Below are positions 37,615 to 46,901 of a stretch of 64,000 nt of DNA, one piece after another. The position numbers were made by a program, and so were the translations under genes. Source of the stretch: Actinomycetota bacterium (lineage in GTDB: Bacteria > Actinomycetota > AC-67); the NCBI GenBank assembly GCA_036397035.1, contig DASWJS010000015.1:2105-66104 (forward strand), read 5' to 3'. The stretch's first letter is position 1. The number at the start of each line of letters is the position of its first letter. Under the pieces are notes generated by a model that saw only the letters and a list, made by a program, of their open reading frames with translations, searched no databases and was not told where the DNA came from.

Positions 37615-38043
37615 ATGGCCACCTACGGCGAGCACATGCTGGCCCAGGCTGAGCGCCGCGGGCGCGCGCGCAGCGCGCGGCGGCGGCGCGTCCGGTTGCT
37701 GTGGCCGTCGCTCGCGATGATCTTCTGGTCGCTGGCCGACCTGCTCGCCGCGCGGCACGAGCGCACGCTCGGCGCGGGCGTGGGGCCAGCCGGCCAGCTC
37801 GTCGACCATGTGCAACCGATCGCATGGACGGTCCTGCTCGTCGCCGTGCCGCTCGTCGCGTCGTTGAAACCCCAGCCGGTCAAGGCGGGCGCGCTGCTCG
37901 CGCTGCTGGCGGGTCCGGTGTTCGGCACCGCCATCTTCGGCACGGGCGGCTGGCGATGGTGGCAGGCGACGATCGTGGGCGCGGCGTGCCTGTTGATCCT
38001 CGCCGCGTCGAATCCCTCCCCGCAGCCGTCGCCCGCCGGCTGA
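37615..38043 (+). CDS. Hypothetical membrane protein
   Basis: 142 aa, 3-4 hydrophobic segments; TACCCT 6 nt before the ATG. Confidence 0.6.
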   Translation: MATYGEHMLAQAERRGRARSARRRRVRLLWPSLAMIFWSLADLLAARHERTLGAGVGPAGQLVDHVQPIAWTVLLVAVPLVASLKPQPVKAGALLALLAGPVFGTAIFGTGGWRWWQATIVGAACLLILAASNPSPQPSPAG

Positions 38044-38044
38044 C

Positions 38045-38455
38045 TCAGTCGGCGTTCGCCGCGGTCCGGCCCTGCGGCTCGGCGTGTCCGGCGGCAGGCT
38101 CCCACGCCACGACCGGCGCGTCGCGCCAGAGCCGCTCCAGCTCGTAGTACGCGCGCTCTTCCTCGGTGAAGACGTGCACCACGACGTCGATGTAGTCCAG
38201 CAACAGCCAGCGGTTGTGCTGCACGCCTTCCCGGCGAGCCGGACGCTCGTCCTTCGCGCGCAGCGCCTCCTCTACCGCTTCGCCGATCGCCCGCACCTGC
38301 CGGTCGGTGCGGCCGGAGGCGATGACGAAGAAGTCCGTGACGGCGGTCAGGTCGCCGACTTCCAGGACCAGGATGTCGATGCCGTTCTTCTCGGCGGCCG
38401 CTCGGGCCGCGCGCACCGCGAGGGCTCGCGCTCGTGTGCGGTTCGCTCTGGTCAG
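38045..38455 (-). CDS. rsfS: Ribosome silencing factor RsfS
   Basis: DFFVIASG...RQVRAI, WLLLDYIDVVVHVF..EERAYYELERLW; start probably CTG 38455. Confidence 0.92.
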   Translation of the reverse strand: MTRANRTRARALAVRAARAAAEKNGIDILVLEVGDLTAVTDFFVIASGRTDRQVRAIGEAVEEALRAKDERPARREGVQHNRWLLLDYIDVVVHVFTEEERAYYELERLWRDAPVVAWEPAAGHAEPQGRTAANAD

Positions 38456-39663
38456 CTCTGCATCTCCGTGAAGTCTTTGCCGACCACGATGGTAGCGTCT
38501 ACCACCGTCTGGGCGCGCGTGCCTATTTCCACCCGGCCGAACCCGATCAGGTCGCGAATGCGCCTGGCGAGCGCCAGGTACGTCTCGTCGTCGCCGTAGA
38601 CGACGATCCGCGTCGTCTGGTGATCGAAGGACACGGTGTTGCCGGTGACGACGATGTGGAAGCCGGCCGGCACCAACTCCTGCGCGAGGGCGCTCCCCGT
38701 GCCCGGCCGTCCGTTGCCGTTGCGAAGGTCGATTCGCGGACGCTCGTCCGTCGCGCCGACGCCGGGGAGCAGCGACCCCGCGTAGAGCGCGCCGACGACG
38801 TCTCGGATCGCCTCGTGGTCGGGCTCGAACACGTTGGGCACGCCGGTGCTCGATCCCCGCACGGGCAGCACGTCGAATCGCAGCGCGGACGGGTCCACCC
38901 GATCCAGCGCGCTCAGGAACTCGCCCATCCACATCGCGCCCGAGCCGGCAAGGTCGGTCGCGCCCGCGATCGCCTCGTCGCGGTCCGGCGCCTCCATCAT
39001 CGTCGCGAGCAGCCCCTCCCAGAGCTGCTGCACGCGCACGAACCGGTCGAGGTCGCTCTCGTCCCCGGCGCGGTAGGTCAGGAAGGTGCCGGCCTCCGCG
39101 CCGTCAAGGACCTGGTCGCCGAGCGGGAACACCAGCTCGCGCGCGCCGGTTTCGGTCGTCTCGTACAGCTCGGTCGTGACGCTCACGGGCACGCCGCCGA
39201 GCGCGTCGACCATCTGCGCGACGGCGACGTCGGTCAGCGCGACGGTTCGGTCGACGTCGATGCCGAGCAGGTTCTCGATGGTGATCTCCTGGAGCGTCTC
39301 CCGCCCGAACACCAGCGCCTTGCCCACCTGCTCGACGCTGCTCTCGCCGGGGATCGTCCCGAAGACCCCCGAAGGGATGAACAGACCGGTGGCCTCGCCC
39401 GTCGAGCCGTCGACGGCGAACAGGGTCAGCACGTCGGCGCGCTGCGACGGGTCGTCCACGACGGTCGTCGCCACGAGGATCGTGAACTGCTCGCTACTCG
39501 CCGCGACGGAACCCGCGACCGGAGCGGGCTTCGGCCGGGATGCCACGAAGGCCGCGGCGCCGGCCGCGGCGGCGATCAACACCGCGACGAGGAGCACGCG
39601 CAGCACGATGCGCCGCCGCCGCTTGGACCGGCGCGCGCGCGTTCGCGTGGGCGTGCGAACCAT
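38452..39663 (-). CDS. LCP (LytR-CpsA-Psr) family protein with LytR C-terminal domain
   Basis: Basic N-tail plus TM, RADVLTL, IDLRNGNGRPGTG, DATIVVGKDF; located between nadD and rsfS. Confidence 0.78.
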   Translation of the reverse strand: MVRTPTRTRARRSKRRRRIVLRVLLVAVLIAAAAGAAAFVASRPKPAPVAGSVAASSEQFTILVATTVVDDPSQRADVLTLFAVDGSTGEATGLFIPSGVFGTIPGESSVEQVGKALVFGRETLQEITIENLLGIDVDRTVALTDVAVAQMVDALGGVPVSVTTELYETTETGARELVFPLGDQVLDGAEAGTFLTYRAGDESDLDRFVRVQQLWEGLLATMMEAPDRDEAIAGATDLAGSGAMWMGEFLSALDRVDPSALRFDVLPVRGSSTGVPNVFEPDHEAIRDVVGALYAGSLLPGVGATDERPRIDLRNGNGRPGTGSALAQELVPAGFHIVVTGNTVSFDHQTTRIVVYGDDETYLALARRIRDLIGFGRVEIGTRAQTVVDATIVVGKDFTEMQS

Positions 39664-39671
39664 GAGATCGC

Positions 39672-40277
39672 TCACCGGTAGAGCCCCGCCTTGCGGATGT
39701 ACGCCGCGACGCCGGGCGGCACGAGGTAGGTCAGCGGGCGCCCTTCGCGCGCGCGCCTTCGCACGTCGGTCGAGGAGATCGACAGCGCCGGGATCTCCAT
39801 GACGGAGACTCGGTCCTCCAGGTCCTCGGGCAGCTCCTTCTCCAGCCGGTCGAGGTCGTAGCCCGGACGCGTGGCGGCGATGAACCGGGTTTCCCGCAAG
39901 ATCGCCGCGGGGTCCTTCCACGTGAGTATCTGCAAGATCGCGTCCGCTCCGGTGATGAAGAGGAACTCGGCGTCCGGCTCCTCGTCGCGCAGCAACCGCA
40001 TCGTGTCGAGCGTGTAGGTCGGGCCCTCGCGATCCAGCTCGATGCGCGAGACCCGGAAGGAAGGATCCGACGCGGTCGCGATGACGGTCATGAGGTAGCG
40101 GTCCTCGGCCGGAGCGACGTCGGCGCGGTCCTTCTGCCACGGCCGGCCGGCCGGAACGAACACGATCTCGTCGAGGTCGAACGCGTGACGCGCTTCGTCG
40201 GCCGTCACCAGGTGCCCGGTGTGGATCGGGTTGAACGTCCCGCCCATGACGCCGATGCGTCGCCCGGTTGGACTCAT
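39672..40277 (-). CDS. nadD: Nicotinate-nucleotide adenylyltransferase
   Basis: GVMGGTFNPIHTGH, FITGADA, ISSTDVR. Confidence 0.96.
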   Translation of the reverse strand: MSPTGRRIGVMGGTFNPIHTGHLVTADEARHAFDLDEIVFVPAGRPWQKDRADVAPAEDRYLMTVIATASDPSFRVSRIELDREGPTYTLDTMRLLRDEEPDAEFLFITGADAILQILTWKDPAAILRETRFIAATRPGYDLDRLEKELPEDLEDRVSVMEIPALSISSTDVRRRAREGRPLTYLVPPGVAAYIRKAGLYR

Positions 40278-40336
40278 CGATCGGATCGTAGCAGCGGGTC
40301 CCGCCAACCTCGTGGACGTTCGCGCCGCCGCCGCGC

Positions 40337-40705
40337 TCAGGTGACGGTCACGGTCCCGGACATGCCGACGCCGCCCTTGGTGCCGTGCACTGCGCAGTAG
40401 TAGCGGACGGTGCCGGGCTCGTCGAACGTGCGCGTGAACGTCCCGGATCCTTCCGGGTCGCCGCTGGAGAACGAGCCGTCGTCGGCGACGACATTGTGGC
40501 CCGGCTCGACGTTGGACCACGTCCAGGTGACCGTTCCGCCGGCGCTCACGGCGACGTGCTGCGGCGAGAACAGGTTCGATCCGGTGGCGGTCACCTCCGC
40601 CGTCGCGACCGGCGACGGCGAGCCTTCGATCGCGCCGCCGTCCCCCACGCACGCCGACCCGCCGACCGTCAGCCCCAGGACGAGCAGCGCGCCGCCGAGC
40701 CGCAC
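40337..40705 (-). CDS. Cupredoxin (plastocyanin-like) lipoprotein
   Basis: Lipobox GSAC; GHNV...YYCAVH...GM. Confidence 0.82.
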   Translation of the reverse strand: MRLGGALLVLGLTVGGSACVGDGGAIEGSPSPVATAEVTATGSNLFSPQHVAVSAGGTVTWTWSNVEPGHNVVADDGSFSSGDPEGSGTFTRTFDEPGTVRYYCAVHGTKGGVGMSGTVTVT

Positions 40706-40711
40706 GTGCCG

Positions 40712-41116
40712 CTACTCCACCGTCACGATGCCGAACATGCCGACGCCACCCTTGGTGCCGTGGACCTCGCAGAAGTATTGGTATTCCCCCGGCTCGTCGA
40801 ACGTGAAGGTGAACGTGTCCTCGGTGACGTCGTCGCCCGAGTCGAACAGGTCGTCGTCGGAAATGACGTTGTGTGGGATGCTGCCCGACCACGCCCAGCT
40901 CACCTCGGTCCCCGGCGCGACGCTGATGTGCAGCGGCACGAACGCGACGCCGTCGACGCCCACTTCGCTGGTCGCGACGACGTCGCCCTCCCCGCCGGTC
41001 TCGGACTCGCTCGGCGTCGGCGTGGGCGGGAACCCCGTGTCCTTGCCGCCGGAGCACGCAACCGCCAGCAGGGTCAGGATCAGCACGTGCAGGATTTGTG
41101 TTCCGACGCGTCGCAT
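40712..41116 (-). CDS. Cupredoxin (plastocyanin-like) lipoprotein
   Basis: Lipobox AVAC; PHNV...YFCEVH...GM; start ATG 41116. Confidence 0.82.
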   Translation of the reverse strand: MRRVGTQILHVLILTLLAVACSGGKDTGFPPTPTPSESETGGEGDVVATSEVGVDGVAFVPLHISVAPGTEVSWAWSGSIPHNVISDDDLFDSGDDVTEDTFTFTFDEPGEYQYFCEVHGTKGGVGMFGIVTVE

Positions 41117-41252
41117 CGAATCTCCTTTGAAGACGAAGTGGCCCGCGGCAATCGCCGCGAAGCTCTTCCTAGCAACCGCCCTGAACGCGTGCAAATCGCG
41201 GCGAAATGCCTGCGGTCCGGCTGCGACGCCCGGTGCTAGCCTGCGATCAGCC

Positions 41253-42596
41253 ATGGGTGAGCGGGACCGGGAGCTGCGCGAAGCAACCGAGCAGTCGCGC
41301 CTGATGCTCGACCTGGTCCTCGGCCGCGAGGATCCCGATCCCGATGCGCTCACCCTGCACACGGTGCGAGACTTCGACCGGCACTTCACGCCCGGGTTGG
41401 TCGCCTACCGCAAGTCCGTCACCGAAGCCGGCGACTTCGCCGCGCTCGAGTGGCGCGGCAGCGGCTCGATCGTGCAGGACGTGCGCGGCCGTGAATGGAT
41501 CGACCTCCTGGGCGGGTTCGGGATCTACGACCTCGGCATCCGCCACCCGGAGGTGCTGGACGCCGTGCGCGCGCAGCTCGACCGGAACCCGATGCCGACG
41601 CAGGAGCTGCTCGACCCGTTCAAGGGGATGCTGTGCCGGCTCCTCGCCTCGATCGCGCCCGGGCCCTCGACCAACGCGTTCATCTGCAACTCGGGCACCG
41701 AGGCCGTCGAAGGCGCGATGAAGATCGCGCGCGTAGCCAGCGGACGCCCCGGGTTCGTGTGCGCCGAGGGGGCCTTCCACGGCAAGACGCTCGGGGCGCT
41801 TTCGCTGATGGGCAAGGCCGCGTTTCGCGAGCCCGTGGAGCCGCTGCTCGGGCCGGTCTGGCGCGCACCCTTCGGCGACGCCGCCGCGTTCGAGCGCCTG
41901 ATCGCCGCCCACGGCGCCGAGCTGGCGGCCGTCGTGCTCGAGCCGATCCAGGGCGAGGCCGGCGCGGTCGTGCCGCCCGACGACTTCCTCCCGCGCGTGC
42001 GCGCGGCCTGCGACGCCGCCGGTGTCCTGCTGATCGCCGACGAGGTCCAGACCGGGCTCGGGCGCACGGGCGAGCTGTGGGCCTCGGATCATTGGGGCCT
42101 CGAGCCCGACATCGTGTGCGTCGCCAAGTCGCTCGGCGGGGGCGTGATGCCGGTCGGCGCGATTGTCGGCCGGGCCGAGGTGTGGAAGTCGCTGGAGCCG
42201 AACCCGTTCCTGCACACCTCGACCTTCGGCGGCAGTCCGCTCGCGTGCGCCGCCTCGATCGCATCGGTCCACGTGATCCTGCGCGACCGGCTGTGGGAGG
42301 CGGCCGCGCGCAAGGGCGCGTGGCTGATGGAGCGTCTCGAGGAGCTGCGGAGCCGCTTCCCCGCGACCCTCGCGGGCCTGCGCGGCCGCGGCTTGCTGAT
42401 CGGGATGGTCTTCCCCGATCACGAGACCGGCTACCGCGTGGCGGCCGAGCTCTTCCGTCGCGGCATCCTCGTCGCGGGCACGCAAGTGTCGGCGACCACG
42501 ATCCGCATCGAGCCGGCGCTCACGATCGAGCAGTCGCTGCTCGACGAGGTGATCGCGCGCCTGGAGGACGTGCTGGCCGGGATCGCGGCCGCTTAG
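41253..42596 (+). CDS. patA: Class III aminotransferase, putrescine aminotransferase PatA-like
   Basis: YRKSVTEAGDFAALEW, IDLLGGFGIY, DEVQTGLGRTG, AKSLGGGVMP. Confidence 0.75.
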   Translation: MGERDRELREATEQSRLMLDLVLGREDPDPDALTLHTVRDFDRHFTPGLVAYRKSVTEAGDFAALEWRGSGSIVQDVRGREWIDLLGGFGIYDLGIRHPEVLDAVRAQLDRNPMPTQELLDPFKGMLCRLLASIAPGPSTNAFICNSGTEAVEGAMKIARVASGRPGFVCAEGAFHGKTLGALSLMGKAAFREPVEPLLGPVWRAPFGDAAAFERLIAAHGAELAAVVLEPIQGEAGAVVPPDDFLPRVRAACDAAGVLLIADEVQTGLGRTGELWASDHWGLEPDIVCVAKSLGGGVMPVGAIVGRAEVWKSLEPNPFLHTSTFGGSPLACAASIASVHVILRDRLWEAAARKGAWLMERLEELRSRFPATLAGLRGRGLLIGMVFPDHETGYRVAAELFRRGILVAGTQVSATTIRIEPALTIEQSLLDEVIARLEDVLAGIAAA

Positions 42597-43246
42597 GACG
42601 CCGGGCGGCGCGGCGGTCGCGAGTACCGGTCGGGTACGCGCTCGGCGCCTGCGAGCGCGGCAACGGCGTCCAGCACCTCGTCGGTGAAGCGCCGGTAGGC
42701 GGCGGGCTCGTCCTCACCGTCGCGGATCGCGAACAGCATCGGTGCGCCGAAGCGCACCGTGCACGCGGTCGGCCTCGCGAGCCGGCTCCCCTTGTTGTGC
42801 GCGCCGCGCGATCCGAACACGGCGGTCGGGATCACCGGCGCGCCCGACCGCTGCGCCACGCGAGCGACGCCCGTGTAGCCGCGGTACACGCGACCGTCCG
42901 GACTGCGCGTGCCCTCGGGGAAGATGCCGAAGAGCTTGCCCTCCTTCAGCGCGCGCGCGGCCGCCTCGATCGACTCTTCCTGCGGCGCCTCGCGGTCGAC
43001 GGGGATCACGCCGGCGCCGCGGAAGAACCATGCGACGCGCTTGGTCTTGACCAGCTCGACCTTTGCGAGCCAGCAGACCTGCCGCCAGAAGCACATGCAC
43101 ACCAGCACCGGGTCGATCGCGGCGACGTGGTTGCTCGCCAGGATCGCGCCGCCGTGCGCCGGCACGTTGCGGCGATCGCTCGCGCGGACCCACCAGTAGA
43201 GCTTGATGAGCAAGCCGATCGTGAACCACATGAAGCGATAGATCAT
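42593..43246 (-). CDS. Lysophospholipid (1-acylglycerol-3-phosphate) acyltransferase
   Basis: SNHVAAID (HX4D), FPEGTRS. Confidence 0.9.
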   Translation of the reverse strand: MIYRFMWFTIGLLIKLYWWVRASDRRNVPAHGGAILASNHVAAIDPVLVCMCFWRQVCWLAKVELVKTKRVAWFFRGAGVIPVDREAPQEESIEAAARALKEGKLFGIFPEGTRSPDGRVYRGYTGVARVAQRSGAPVIPTAVFGSRGAHNKGSRLARPTACTVRFGAPMLFAIRDGEDEPAAYRRFTDEVLDAVAALAGAERVPDRYSRPPRRPAS

Positions 43247-43317
43247 GCGGCGCGAGCGTACCGTCCTCGCCGTCCGGCCGTCTCGCCGCGGAGGCCCTCG
43301 GCTAGACTCACCCGTCG

Positions 43318-44985
43318 ATGGACGTCCTGGTGATCGTCGGCGGCGAGAGCGCGCCCGAACGATTGCTCTCGCGGGCCACGCACGTCGTTCGGCTCGAAGC
43401 CGGCCCCGTCCCCCCGGCCGTCGTCGCCGACTTGCGGTCGCGCATTCCCCGCGAGGTCGGCGTGACCGGACCGCCCGCGGCCGTGACGGGCATCGCCGAG
43501 ACGCTCCACCGCGACGGCTTCCCGGTCACCGTCTACGCGACGGACACCTCCTCGTTGCAGCCGCTCGCTTCCAGTGGGATCGGCGTCCGCCTGCTCGGCG
43601 ACGCGGGCCCGGCGATGGAGGTCGCGGACTCGCTGCTCGACCTGATGGGCAACACGCCGCTCGTGCGGCTCGACCGCATCGGGCGCGAGCTGGAGTGCCA
43701 CCTGATCGGCAAGCTCGAGCTGCTCAACCCCGGCGGCAGCGTCAAGGACCGCATCGGGGTCACGATGATCGAGGCCGCCGAGCAGGCGGGCCTGCTGAAG
43801 CCCGGCGGCACGATCGTCGAGCCGACCTCGGGCAACACCGGCGTCGGGCTCGCGATCGCGGCGGCGCGCAAGCGATACCGCTGCGTCTTCGTCATGCCCG
43901 ACAAGATCAGCGCGGAGAAGATCAACTTGCTGCGGGCCTACGGGTGCGAGGTCGTCGTCTGCCCGACGACGGTGCCGCCCGAGCACCCCGACTCTTACTA
44001 CAGCGTCGCGAACCGGCTCACGAAGGAGATCCCCGGGGCGTTCCAGCCCAACCAGTACGCCAACCGCGCCAACCCCGACGCCCACTACCGCACGACCGGC
44101 CCGGAGATCTGGCGGCAGACGGCCGGGCGCATTACCCACTTCGTGGCCAGCATCGGCACCGGCGGCACGATCAGCGGCACCGGCCGCTACCTGAAGGAGC
44201 AGAACCCGGACGTCCAGGTGGTGGGCGCCGACCCGGAAGGCTCGGTGTACTCGGGCGGCAGCGGCAGGCCCTACCTTGTCGAGGGAATCGGCGAGGACTT
44301 CTGGCCCGAGACCTACGACAAGACGATCCCCGACCGGGTCGTGATGGTCACCGATCGAGACTCCTTCCTGACCGCGCGACGGATCACGCGCGAGGAGGGC
44401 ATCTTCGTCGGCGGCTCGGCCGGGACCGCGGTGCACGCGGCCCTGGAGGTCGGACGCGACCTCGGCCCCGAAGCCGTCGTCGTCGTGATCATCCCCGACT
44501 CCGGACGCGGCTACGTGTCGAAGTTCTACAACGACCAGTGGATGGCGAGCTACGGGTTCCTGCGCGCGAGCGGCGAGGCGATCTCGGACTTGCTGCAGCG
44601 AAAGGGCGGCCGGTTGCCGGCGCTCGTCCACGTCCATCCCGACGAGACCGTGCGCCAGGCGATCGAGCTGATGCGCGAGTACGACGTGTCGCAGCTCCCC
44701 GTCGTGAAGGCCGAGCCTCCGCTGGCGTACGCGGAGGTCGCCGGCTCGGTACGCGAGCGCGCGCTGCTGGAGGCGGTGTTCCAAGACGCGTCGGTCCTGG
44801 AGAAGCACGTCGCCGAGGTGATGGCGCCGCCGCTGCCGACGGCCGGGGCGGGCGAGCCGATCGACGACGCGGTCGAGGCGCTCGAGCGGGGACCGGCGGT
44901 GCTCGTCGTCGACGCAGGGCACCCGGTCGGGATCCTGACGCGCTCGGACGTGCTGGACTACCTGTCGCACCGGGGCGCGCGGTGA
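43318..44985 (+). CDS. Cystathionine beta-synthase with C-terminal CBS pair and possible N-terminal extension
   Basis: GNTPLV, NPGGSVKDR, EPTSGNTG, GTGGT; CBS domains; alternative start ATG 43615. Confidence 0.88.
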   Translation: MDVLVIVGGESAPERLLSRATHVVRLEAGPVPPAVVADLRSRIPREVGVTGPPAAVTGIAETLHRDGFPVTVYATDTSSLQPLASSGIGVRLLGDAGPAMEVADSLLDLMGNTPLVRLDRIGRELECHLIGKLELLNPGGSVKDRIGVTMIEAAEQAGLLKPGGTIVEPTSGNTGVGLAIAAARKRYRCVFVMPDKISAEKINLLRAYGCEVVVCPTTVPPEHPDSYYSVANRLTKEIPGAFQPNQYANRANPDAHYRTTGPEIWRQTAGRITHFVASIGTGGTISGTGRYLKEQNPDVQVVGADPEGSVYSGGSGRPYLVEGIGEDFWPETYDKTIPDRVVMVTDRDSFLTARRITREEGIFVGGSAGTAVHAALEVGRDLGPEAVVVVIIPDSGRGYVSKFYNDQWMASYGFLRASGEAISDLLQRKGGRLPALVHVHPDETVRQAIELMREYDVSQLPVVKAEPPLAYAEVAGSVRERALLEAVFQDASVLEKHVAEVMAPPLPTAGAGEPIDDAVEALERGPAVLVVDAGHPVGILTRSDVLDYLSHRGAR

Positions 44986-46121
44986 GCGGCTTCGAGACCA
45001 GGGCCATCCACGAAGGGCAGGAGCCGGACCCGTCGACCGGCGCCATCGTCACGCCGATCTACCAAACCTCCACCTACGTCCAGGAGGCGGTCGGTCGACA
45101 CAAGGGCTACGAGTACTCGCGCACCGGCAACCCCACGCGCACCGCACTTCAGCAATGCGTCGCATCGCTGGAAGGAGCCGCGCACGGGATCGCGTTCGCG
45201 AGCGGGCTCGCAGCGACCGACGCCGTCCTCCGCCTGTTCTCCCCCGGCGACCACGTCCTCATCCCGAGCGACGCCTACGGCGGCACGTACCGGCTCGTCG
45301 CGCGCGTCTTCGGACCGGCGGGCTGGTCGTTCACGGCGGCCGACATGACCGATCTCGCCGCGCTCGGCGACGCGTGGCGCGAGGAGACTCGGCTCGTGTG
45401 GATCGAGTCGCCGACGAACCCCCTGCTGACGGTGGTCGACGTCGCAGCGATCACGGCGTTCGCGCACGAGCGCGGCGCGCTGGTCGCCGTGGACAACACC
45501 TTCGCCACGCCCTACCTCCAGCAGCCGATGACGCTCGGCGCCGACGTGGTCGTCCACTCGTCGACGAAATACCTGGGCGGGCACTCCGACGTCGTCGGCG
45601 GGCTCGTCGCGACGGACGACGCCGCGCGCGCCGAGCGTCTGGCGTTCCTGCAGAACGCCGTGGGCGCCGTGCCGGGCCCCTTCGACTGCTGGCTCGTGCT
45701 GCGCGGCGTGAAGACGCTCGCCGTGCGAATGGATCGTCATTGCCGGAACGCGCGCGCGATCGCCGAGGTCCTGCGCGAGCACCCGGCGGTCGAGCGCGTG
45801 CTCTACCCCGGCCTCCCGGACCACCCCGGGCACGCGATCGCGGCCCGGCAGATGCGCGACTTCGGCGGGATGGTGAGCTTCACCGCGCGCGGAGGCAAGG
45901 ACGCGGCGCTCGAGGTCGTGGCCAAGACACGCGTGTTCTCGCTCGCCGAGTCGCTCGGCGCGGTCGAGTCCCTGATCGAATACCCGGCCGCGATGACGCA
46001 CGCCTCGGTCGCCGACTCGCCCCTTGAAGTAGATCCCGCGCTCGTCCGGCTGAGCGTGGGCATCGAAAGCGAGCAGGACCTCGTCGAGGACCTCACCCAG
46101 GCCCTCGACTCGATCCGCTAG
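44982..46121 (+). CDS. Cystathionine gamma-synthase/gamma-lyase
   Basis: YEYSRTGNPT, ESPTNP, VDNTF, HSSTKYLGGHSD, AESLGAVESL; GTG overlaps the CBS stop. Confidence 0.93.
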   Translation: MSGFETRAIHEGQEPDPSTGAIVTPIYQTSTYVQEAVGRHKGYEYSRTGNPTRTALQQCVASLEGAAHGIAFASGLAATDAVLRLFSPGDHVLIPSDAYGGTYRLVARVFGPAGWSFTAADMTDLAALGDAWREETRLVWIESPTNPLLTVVDVAAITAFAHERGALVAVDNTFATPYLQQPMTLGADVVVHSSTKYLGGHSDVVGGLVATDDAARAERLAFLQNAVGAVPGPFDCWLVLRGVKTLAVRMDRHCRNARAIAEVLREHPAVERVLYPGLPDHPGHAIAARQMRDFGGMVSFTARGGKDAALEVVAKTRVFSLAESLGAVESLIEYPAAMTHASVADSPLEVDPALVRLSVGIESEQDLVEDLTQALDSIR

Positions 46122-46163
46122 ACACTACTATTGGGTGCGCCACACCACTATTGGGTGTAGGCT
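46122..46163 (+). promoter_or_regulatory. Direct-repeat operator and -10 box of fitAB-like TA
   Basis: ACACTACTATTGGGTG (46122-46137) and ACACCACTATTGGGTG (46142-46157), then TAGGCT 7 nt before ATG 46171. Confidence 0.65.
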
Positions 46164-46170
46164 GCCGTTC

Positions 46171-46401
46171 ATGGCGAAGGTCATCCAGGTTCGGCAGGTG
46201 CCGGACCGAGTCCACAGAACCCTGCGAACGCGGGCGGCGGCGGCCGGCGTGTCGCTTTCTGAGTACGTGCTTCGCGAGCTGATCCATGTCGCCGACCGGC
46301 CGCCGGTCGCCGACGTCCTGGCTCGCGCGGGCGCCCGCTCGGGAGGAGTTTCCGAGGTCGACGTCGTCCGAGCCGTGCGAAGCGGCCGCGAGCGCCGCTA
46401 G
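46171..46401 (+). CDS. FitA-like RHH antitoxin
   Basis: IQVRQVPDRVHRTLRTRAAAAGVSLSEYVLREL. Confidence 0.85.
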   Translation: MAKVIQVRQVPDRVHRTLRTRAAAAGVSLSEYVLRELIHVADRPPVADVLARAGARSGGVSEVDVVRAVRSGRERR

Positions 46402-46818
46402 GTGCTCGTCGTCGACACGTCGGCCGTGCTCCACGCGCTCGTCGCCCGCCCGGCCGATCCGGACCTCGTCACGCGGTTGACCGAGGATGACGATTGGCAC
46501 GCGCCCCACGCGATCGACGTCGAGATCCTTCACGCTCTTCGAGGCTTGGTCCTCGGCTCGAAGATCGGCGCCGGTCGCGCCGGCGAGGCGCTGACGGACT
46601 TCGCGGACTTGCGCATCCGGAGATATCCCCACGCTCCGCTCGTCGAGCGCGCCTGGGAGCTTCGCTCGAACCTCACGGCCTACGACGCCGTCTTCATGGC
46701 GCTGAGCGAAATGCTGGACGCCCCTCTCGTGACCTGCGACAGCGCGATGGGCAAGGCGAAGACGCAGGCCGTCGTCGAGGTCTACGGAACGGGACGAGCG
46801 AGACGACGCGGCCGGTGA
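46402..46818 (+). CDS. vapC: VapC PIN-domain toxin
   Basis: VVDTSAVL, IDVEILHALR, LTAYDAVFMALSE, LVTCD. Confidence 0.9.
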   Translation: MLVVDTSAVLHALVARPADPDLVTRLTEDDDWHAPHAIDVEILHALRGLVLGSKIGAGRAGEALTDFADLRIRRYPHAPLVERAWELRSNLTAYDAVFMALSEMLDAPLVTCDSAMGKAKTQAVVEVYGTGRARRRGR

Positions 46819-46901
46819 CCCGATCCAGGTCTGCCCGTTCGTACATGCCCGATCCGGCTCGCGCCGTGCATTCTTCCTTCAGCCATCGAAGACCCCACCC
46901 A

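Noticed and set aside
46122-46157. Direct repeats as a mini-CRISPR or a target-site duplication
   Set aside because: Only two 16-bp units with a 4-bp gap, no cas genes, and both copies lie on the same side of the cassette
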